This document shows, one piece after another, positions 27,301 to 32,000 of a stretch of DNA of 32,000 nt; position 1 is the first letter of the stretch, and the number at the start of each line of letters is the position of its first letter. Source of the DNA: Akkermansia muciniphila ATCC BAA-835 (GTDB lineage Bacteria > Verrucomicrobiota > Verrucomicrobiia > Verrucomicrobiales > Akkermansiaceae); the NCBI RefSeq assembly GCF_000020225.1, contig NC_010655.1, positions 2,070,001 to 2,102,000 on the forward strand, in the 5' to 3' direction. The notes below the pieces were generated by a model. The model made no database searches. It had not been told where the DNA came from and saw only the letters and a list, made by a program, of their open reading frames with translations. Position numbers and translations under genes: made by a program.

Positions 27301-29850
27301 GGCAGCCTGGTGCTCAGCGGAGCGGCCACCGGCCTCTACCGCGTGCAGGAGGAAGGAGGAAACGCCCATGAAGTCAACTCCTATCAAACGCTCTCCGGCT
27401 ACGCCGGCGTCGTCATCGGCGGCGGCCAGACCCTGACGGTCAACCTGGCCGGAGCCCCGGGCGAATCCGACGGACAGGGAGCTAAAATCAACAACCTGAT
27501 GGGAGCCACGGGCAGCAGCCTGGTCGTCAACAACACCGGAGACGGCACGGCCGTCGTCATCCTCAACAACAAACAAATGACGACGGGAGAAGACGACATC
27601 GACCCGGCCGGCCAGGACACCGTCATGGGCGGCAGCATCACGGGAGGCAACAACGTCGCCTTCATCAAGGAAGGAACCGGGACGCTGACGGTCGGAGGAA
27701 CGATGGACGTGGAAACCCTCGCCCTGCGTGAAGGAAACATCGTCCTCAACGGCGCGTCAAACACCCTGGACACCCTCACTCTGGAAGGAGGCGGCCTGAC
27801 CATTAACGGCAACGCCGAAGTCGGAACCATCACCGGCACGGAAGCCGGAGGCTCCCTGACCATCCAGGGAACTCTCAACCTGACCGGAACAGGCGAAATA
27901 AACGACGGCTCCATCACCGGAACCGGCACCCTCCGCATCCAGGAAGGAGCGGAACTGGCCCTGGGCGGAGAAGCCCGGCTGGACGGAACCTCAGTCACCG
28001 CCGACGGCACGCTGGCCCTCTCCGGAACGGAATCCGGCGCCATCATCAGCCTCTCCGGCAGCGGCACCCTGTCCATGAACGGAGGCAGCCTCTCCATCTC
28101 CTCGGCAACAACCTCCTCCGGAACCTTCTCCGGCACGCTGGCAGGCAGCGGCACCCTGGACATCTCCGGGCAAGCCACCCAATACCTGCAAACCGGCAAT
28201 AAGGACTACGACCTCGCCGTCCGTGACGGAGGCGTCCTGGTCCTGAAAGGCACCGCGGACGCCCCCACGCTGAACTACAACAGCATCACCGCCGGAAACA
28301 ACGGCACCCTGCGTATTGAAGCCACCGGAGACGCCCAGGGCAGCGCCAACACCACGCTCAACGTGGAAAGCATCACCTTCCAGAACGGCTCCACGACGGA
28401 ACTGATCTACAACTTCAACCAGGACGCCCCCTTTGGCGCCCCCATGCTGACGGCGGATACCATCACCGTGCAGGACGGAGCCGGCTTCCTCCTCTCCAAC
28501 ATGGAAGGAAACGCCGCCATGAACGCGGGGAGCGACCTCCATGACGTCATCCTGATGAGCGCTACCGGCAGCATCAGCGGCCTGGAAGACGGGCAAAGCC
28601 TCGCCGCCCGGATATCCGGCCTCTTCGCCGTCTACTACCAGGACGCCACGCTGAACCGCGACGGAAACGACATCCTGCTCAATGCCACACTCCGGCAGGA
28701 AAACCTCTTCGCCTCCGCGGCCGACACGTGGAACTCCGCCGCCGGAGCCAGCCTGCTCTGGGAAGCCCGCAAAAACCTGGACCCCGACTCCCAGCTGGCC
28801 CAATTCATGAACGGCGTCAGCACCATGATCAATGACGGCAACCTCTCCGGAGCCACCCGCGCTATGGCGGCGGCAGCTGGGAGCACGGTCAACGCGCTGG
28901 GGACGGCGCAGAGGGACGCCCTGCGCGACCAGATGGGCTGGATCAGGAACCGGACCACCCTCATGGGCGTCAACCCGGCCTACGTCAACGACGACCTCCC
29001 CCGCTTCCACATGTGGATGGAAGGCACGGGCTCCTACGCCAAACTGGACACCCGCGGGGATGAAAGCGGCTACCAGCTCACCACCTGGGGAGGTACGGTA
29101 GGCGTGGACGCGGACCTCAGCGACCGCCTCACAGTGGGAGCGGCCTTCACGGCCAGCTACGGCGACCTGACGGCCGGCGCGGCGGACAGCGCCGACGGGC
29201 ACCTGGACAGCTACTACGCCAGCCTCTTCGGCCGCTACCAGGACAGGCGCTGGGCGCACACGCTCATCCTGACGGGAGGGTGGAACGACGCGAAACTCAA
29301 CCGTACGGTCAACTACGGGGAAGGAAGCTACGGGACGCAGGGAAGCACCAGCGGGTGGGGCTTTGGAGCGATGTATGAACTCACCTACGACGTATACCTC
29401 AACGAAAACCGCAGCAGCGTGCTGCAGCCGCTGTTCAACGCCTCGGTGGTGACGACGCGGATGGACGGCTATGAGGAAACGGGTGCGGGCAACGCGGGCC
29501 TGAACGTCGGCAGGCAGGACTGGACGACGGGGACGCTGGCGCTGGGCGGCCGGTGGATGGGCCTGGTGGGCAGCAACATCTTCGGACGAGAAGCGCTGGC
29601 GGAAATCCGAGTAAACGCGGCGCAGGACCTGGGAGACCGGAGAGGGGAAACGAACGTCTCTCTGCTGGGCAACCCCGGCTTCGCGCAAAGCGTGAGGGGG
29701 GCGAAAGTGGGAACGACGGCGCTGCAGCTGGGAGCCGGACTGAGCGTGCCGGTGGGAACGAAGGGAACCATCTACGTGAACGGGAACGCGGACATCCGTG
29801 ACGGGTCCAGCGCGCTGAACGGAAGCATCGGCTACCGCCACGACTTCTAA
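24322..29850 (+). CDS. giant autotransporter (type Va) surface protein: signal peptide, ~1500-aa beta-helical passenger with PATR-type repeats, C-terminal 12-strand beta-barrel
   Basis: The ORF track begins at TTG 24313. ATG 24322 gives MKLRLPLKLLSALLSFYAISGFHVFA/ATEW, parallel to the paralog at 30318. The passenger is G/T/N/S-rich with ..LTKTGAGTLTLG.., ..FIKEGTGTLTVGG.. and repeated GNTSVxI coils. The beta-domain runs from about 28990 (FHMWMEGTGSYAKLD..GYQLTTWGGTVGVD..) to the terminal ..GSIGYRHDF (aromatic C-terminus). Confidence 0.92.
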   Translation: MKLRLPLKLLSALLSFYAISGFHVFAATEWDGSRYSGNIYTWVGSSSNDFHNGGIVLTNPDGTYGPVNTNWGSVSEEGSIWNLFANETGLSEYNTLRFVASGTEVGDVTVSATNKNPSCSFTPFTMGGLIVEEGASGFSLVPNNNAQRTLILGRAGTEEPVLFTVREDFSLGSSSNAWGPVNVNADWNVLVANGKTLNVYGALNSSGRTITVGGEGFSGTLVLNNAANASMTAEWVITSGSTVRCMNNSALGSGLVTLDGGTLDFNSQTIGSTITLNMSGTGTLQNVTVDGAILSYTSSSGNDGITASNTTWTSGKIDIGRLLQGFSAEGSNTVDLGAELGEGFSVLGLDTGQYRIEGSVLTIEDGAISSVTWVSAGEGGELEETVKNAFTLALGEGSAANVSLGYLNGTLTTSGDKVYQITNTGGTKINLSGVYNSGATLPSGNLNYQGDIWMDINGGAFGIIAGGVTNEWGTNLQTSTLTGDTHVQLSGNATAEHVIGGNNKGASTTLTGNTNVTVKDNAIVAGAIIGGSTSSHNAVTTITGNTSVLVTNIQHSNSATVNLGDFGNVTAQNFITGGSAWTANQTSGTTIQGNTSVTINVGDAELSGTEGHNNFVKNIYGGSYANTKSEGNGAVQKVEGNSSVSISGKEGITFTGDIMGGSFWNWGNGTTLTTNGNTSVSIDGGSTFTGKIVGGSWRGSTWTAEDPTALPVSIGGNITVTLGQGTYLGDIYGAGNCGTVGGEVHVSLTGGSIFGEEGEESGITIGGSAGAAVEGNRTLELKGTFGTGDFQNVTFTRFDEINIAQEETSATIYALTDSPALTKTGAGTLTLGADAAGAETILDGTTEGITISEGSLNLSGAGGSHMKGTWNIASGSRLTGVSGTVTVGEGGLDGLTIALGTENIGQDTQASGAVIINGSGTGSDPNLSIEGEGLTLDLSNDAVVNLLLDHKTDDSSSYLTLTSGTLTVGDLGDIAFTTDLLSNYGIRVTGTDGGSLVLSGAATGLYRVQEEGGNAHEVNSYQTLSGYAGVVIGGGQTLTVNLAGAPGESDGQGAKINNLMGATGSSLVVNNTGDGTAVVILNNKQMTTGEDDIDPAGQDTVMGGSITGGNNVAFIKEGTGTLTVGGTMDVETLALREGNIVLNGASNTLDTLTLEGGGLTINGNAEVGTITGTEAGGSLTIQGTLNLTGTGEINDGSITGTGTLRIQEGAELALGGEARLDGTSVTADGTLALSGTESGAIISLSGSGTLSMNGGSLSISSATTSSGTFSGTLAGSGTLDISGQATQYLQTGNKDYDLAVRDGGVLVLKGTADAPTLNYNSITAGNNGTLRIEATGDAQGSANTTLNVESITFQNGSTTELIYNFNQDAPFGAPMLTADTITVQDGAGFLLSNMEGNAAMNAGSDLHDVILMSATGSISGLEDGQSLAARISGLFAVYYQDATLNRDGNDILLNATLRQENLFASAADTWNSAAGASLLWEARKNLDPDSQLAQFMNGVSTMINDGNLSGATRAMAAAAGSTVNALGTAQRDALRDQMGWIRNRTTLMGVNPAYVNDDLPRFHMWMEGTGSYAKLDTRGDESGYQLTTWGGTVGVDADLSDRLTVGAAFTASYGDLTAGAADSADGHLDSYYASLFGRYQDRRWAHTLILTGGWNDAKLNRTVNYGEGSYGTQGSTSGWGFGAMYELTYDVYLNENRSSVLQPLFNASVVTTRMDGYEETGAGNAGLNVGRQDWTTGTLALGGRWMGLVGSNIFGREALAEIRVNAAQDLGDRRGETNVSLLGNPGFAQSVRGAKVGTTALQLGAGLSVPVGTKGTIYVNGNADIRDGSSALNGSIGYRHDF
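29557..29805 (+). repeat. 249-bp direct repeat, copy B (partner 23598..23846)
   Basis: See copy A. It lies inside the beta-barrel coding region of the intact gene. Confidence 0.95.
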
Positions 29851-29910
29851 CAAGAAAGAAAACACAAGGAGAGGCCCCCCACCCCCGAAAGGCCTTCCTC
29901 CTGACCCTCC

Positions 29911-29943
29911 AGAGCCGTTCCGGAATTATTCCGGAACGGCTCT
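29911..29943 (+). terminator. terminator hairpin after autotransporter 1
   Basis: A 33-nt near-perfect palindrome AGAGCCGTTCCGGAAT-T-ATTCCGGAACGGCTCT, 60 nt after the stop. The downstream T-run is weak (GTTGCTT). Confidence 0.6.
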
Positions 29944-30057
29944 GTTGCTTAGGGGAATCCCGCTAAGCCGATACGGTGCGGGGAGGTAGTTTTTACAATA
30001 TATTGGAATGATTTTTATTAAAATAGTTTTTTCACCGCAGTCGCTTGAATTCGTAAA

Positions 30058-30074
30058 GCGGATTAAAAATTCGC
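30058..30074. promoter_or_regulatory. distal 17-bp dyad site D2 (GCGGATT-AAA-AATTCGC)
   Basis: Same motif as D1. Its reverse complement recurs at 30237-30253 (15/17 including the centre). Confidence 0.6.
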
Positions 30075-30230
30075 CGTGTAATGGGAACCGGGCCAATATA
30101 CCAGAGTTGCCCCGCCTGTTTGCTTATACTGATAAGGATAGAACGATGGATGCCCCTGATTCCAGACCAGATAAAGCATGGAAATACTCTTCTGGATGAT
30201 GCGCAACACCTACGGAATCAATGTTTAAGC

Positions 30231-30259
30231 TTGTAGGAGGATTTTTAATCCGCTAATGA
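30231..30259 (+). promoter_or_regulatory. putative promoter of autotransporter 2 with proximal dyad site P2 as its spacer
   Basis: TTGTAG (30231-30236), then the 17-nt GAGGATT-TTT-AATCCGC (30237-30253), then TAATGA (30254-30259), 58 nt upstream of ATG 30318. The geometry is the same as at 24227-24255. Confidence 0.5.
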
Positions 30260-30317
30260 TGGTAAAAAGCCTCCTGTCAGTTTTGGGAGGAATTTCACGT
30301 ACGCCCTTTTAAAAACT

Positions 30318-32000
30318 ATGAAGTTGCACCTCCCTTTAAGTCTTTTGTCCTCCCTGCTTGCCTGCATGGCTGCTGTTTCCTCACCGCATGCCGTTGCGGA
30401 AACCTATACATGGCTGGGGGGGACGGTGGATGTTCATTTAAATACTAACTGGACTCCGGATTACGGCAGCAGCAACTGGTCGGCAACATGGGCCGGAACG
30501 GCGACAAACAGCATGCGTTTTGATGCGGGTAGCATGACGGGGCAGGTCAAGGCTCTCCAGGCTTCTTTCAATACGCTTTCACTTGGGGGAATAACCGTTA
30601 CGGATAATTCCGATGGATTCAGCGTTTCCAAAAGCAACGGCTCCAACCGCACCGTTAATTTACGTGATGGAGGAGAAGGGTATACGCTGTTTGACATAGG
30701 CGGGGATTTTTCTCTGGGAGTTGCCAGCCAGGTATGGAACGGAGTTGTTTTCAACTCCAGCGCCCTGTTTAACATTGCCTCCGGCAAGACCATGAATATT
30801 TACGGTGGTCTGGGAATGGCTGGAACGGGAGCCAGGACGATGACGGTGGGGACGGACGGTTTTGCGGGAACCCTTATCCTGAATACGGCTGCCCAGTCTT
30901 CCATGACGGCTGATTGGGTCATTTCCCATGGGGCGACCGTTCAACTGAACAATGCCGCGGCTTTGGGGTCCGGATCGGTCAGCTTAAACGGCGGCAATAT
31001 AACGGCCCAGCACGATGCTGTTTATAACAATGCCCTGGCCGTGAGCGGTTCTTCCGGCATGAACGTGAATGCTGCCACGCGGTTTGCCAGTGTCAGCCTT
31101 TCCAATGCCGCTGTCCTGAACATGAACGGAGGGACGCTTGGCATTGCGAATGCCGGCGTTTTGACACTGGGTTCTTCAGGGACCATTACGGGGAATTTGA
31201 CGCTGGGAAACACGTCTCTCCTGAATTTTTCCGCTCTTCCGGCTTCCGGATCATATTTGCTTAATGTAACAGGAACGCTGACCGTGGGCAGTGAATTGCT
31301 TCTGGGGCAGGAAACGATGGAAGGCGTAGCCTGGACGGAGGGTTCCTACAGTCTGGTTCATGCGGGTTCCGTAGAGGGAGTCCCTGCCAGCTCTTTCGTT
31401 CTGGGCGACAATCTTCTGGGTTCATGGAGCACGGAAAACAATAATCTTACCCTGGTTGTGGAGCAGGTGGCTTTGCTTGAATGGAAAGGCGGCGACGGGA
31501 TATGGTCTGTAACTGCTCCGGCTTCTTCACCGTGGAAAAATGAAGGTGTGTACAATAATGCTTCCGGAGTGGTCATGGGAGATATTGACGGAAGTTCTCT
31601 GCAAACAGTAACCATTGATGGAGTTGTCTCTCCCTCAATCATGATGGTCCAGGCGGATACGACGGATTATGTGTGGAATGCCGCAGATGAAGGAGGTGCT
31701 CTGGAAGGCAGCGGTAATCTGGAGAAGACCGGCAGTGCCAAGCTGACCATTAATATGGATAATGCTGATTATGCCGGAAAGGTCATTTTGGGGGGTGGAA
31801 CGCTTGAAATGGGGAATGATGCCGCTTTAGGCACAGGTGATCTGGCATTTGACGGCGGTACCCTCCGGTATGGAACAGGGGTAACGGCGGATATTTCCGG
31901 GCAGATTTCCACAACGAGCAAAAGTTCCGTGAAGGTGGATACCAACGGTAATAACGTAAGCTGGGCTTCCGCGGATCATTACAAGGCTCTGAACTTGGAA
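30318..32000 (+). CDS. autotransporter-family surface protein paralog, 3'-truncated by the window edge
   Basis: Absent from the ORF track. It is open from ATG 30318 to base 32000 (561 codons): MKLHLPLSLLSSLLACMAAVSSPHAVA/ETYTWLGG.. Homology to gene 1: TLILNTAAQSSMTADWVISHGATVQLNNAAALGSGSVSLNGG versus TLVLNNAANASMTAEWVITSGSTVRCMNNSALGSGLVTLDGG. PATR motif: LEKTGSAKLTI..GKVILGGGTLEMGNDAALGTG. Confidence 0.88.
   Translation, partial: MKLHLPLSLLSSLLACMAAVSSPHAVAETYTWLGGTVDVHLNTNWTPDYGSSNWSATWAGTATNSMRFDAGSMTGQVKALQASFNTLSLGGITVTDNSDGFSVSKSNGSNRTVNLRDGGEGYTLFDIGGDFSLGVASQVWNGVVFNSSALFNIASGKTMNIYGGLGMAGTGARTMTVGTDGFAGTLILNTAAQSSMTADWVISHGATVQLNNAAALGSGSVSLNGGNITAQHDAVYNNALAVSGSSGMNVNAATRFASVSLSNAAVLNMNGGTLGIANAGVLTLGSSGTITGNLTLGNTSLLNFSALPASGSYLLNVTGTLTVGSELLLGQETMEGVAWTEGSYSLVHAGSVEGVPASSFVLGDNLLGSWSTENNNLTLVVEQVALLEWKGGDGIWSVTAPASSPWKNEGVYNNASGVVMGDIDGSSLQTVTIDGVVSPSIMMVQADTTDYVWNAADEGGALEGSGNLEKTGSAKLTINMDNADYAGKVILGGGTLEMGNDAALGTGDLAFDGGTLRYGTGVTADISGQISTTSKSSVKVDTNGNNVSWASADHYKALNLE

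Noticed and set aside
23598-29805. Whether the 249-bp repeat pair is a diversity-generating retroelement TR/VR pair
   Set aside because: The 6 mismatches are not adenine-specific in one copy (C/A, G/A, G/A, T/C, A/G, T/C) and all are synonymous. There is no reverse transcriptase or IMH-like element in the window. A paralog remnant explains it better.
25366-29865. Very long antisense ORFs inside autotransporter 1 (25366..26037-, 26245..27576-, 27399..28199-, 27991..29865-; up to 624 aa), plus many same-strand off-frame ORFs
   Set aside because: They occur only in the GC3-rich part, where stop codons are rare in any frame. Their translations are Arg/Gly/Ala/Val/Pro low-complexity with no motifs. 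The sense frame has a signal peptide, PATR motifs and a canonical barrel ending in Phe.
30416-30422. G7 homopolymer in the 5' coding region of autotransporter 2 (TGG CTG GGG GGG ACG) as a slipped-strand phase-variation tract
   Set aside because: G7/C7 tracts of similar length also occur in or next to housekeeping genes here (15244-15250 in the transporter, 22454-22460 in the aas-like gene, 15438-15444, and a G8 at 10677-10684). The tract is therefore not distinctive. It is also shorter than tracts usually shown to slip at high frequency.

Overview
Chromosomal window of about 55% GC. From memory, and not verified, the gene content and the PVC-style giant autotransporters suggest Akkermansia or a related Verrucomicrobiota genome. 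Most of it is housekeeping: a RidA-family protein, sanA, a Tat-exported ENPP-type phosphodiesterase, recQ, sucCD, hisD, a BASS-fold transporter, two tandem membrane-anchored TPR proteins, xseA and an Aas-like acyl-ACP synthetase. Five RNA genes are not visible in the ORF track: tRNA-Leu(UAA), a tRNA-Glu(CUC)-like gene, tmRNA (tag AESNDLALAA), tRNA-Arg(ACG) and tRNA-Ser(GCU). Two real genes are cut by the window edges and are also missing from the ORF track: 1..1016 on the minus strand and 30318..32000 on the plus strand. The most interesting region is 23.6-32 kb, a tandem array of autotransporter paralogs. It holds a 5'-deleted beta-barrel remnant, an intact 1842-aa gene, and the start of a third gene. 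Both promoter-bearing intergenic regions carry the same architecture. Two 17-bp dyad sites (GCGGATT-N3-AATCCGC) lie in inverted orientation about 175-179 bp apart. The proximal site exactly fills the 17-nt spacer of a sigma70-like promoter. The central triplets differ between the two loci but stay reverse-complementary within each locus. I read this as a candidate invertible-promoter (phase-variation) switch, with operator looping as the alternative. No recombinase, CRISPR array, defence system or intact mobile element is visible in this window.
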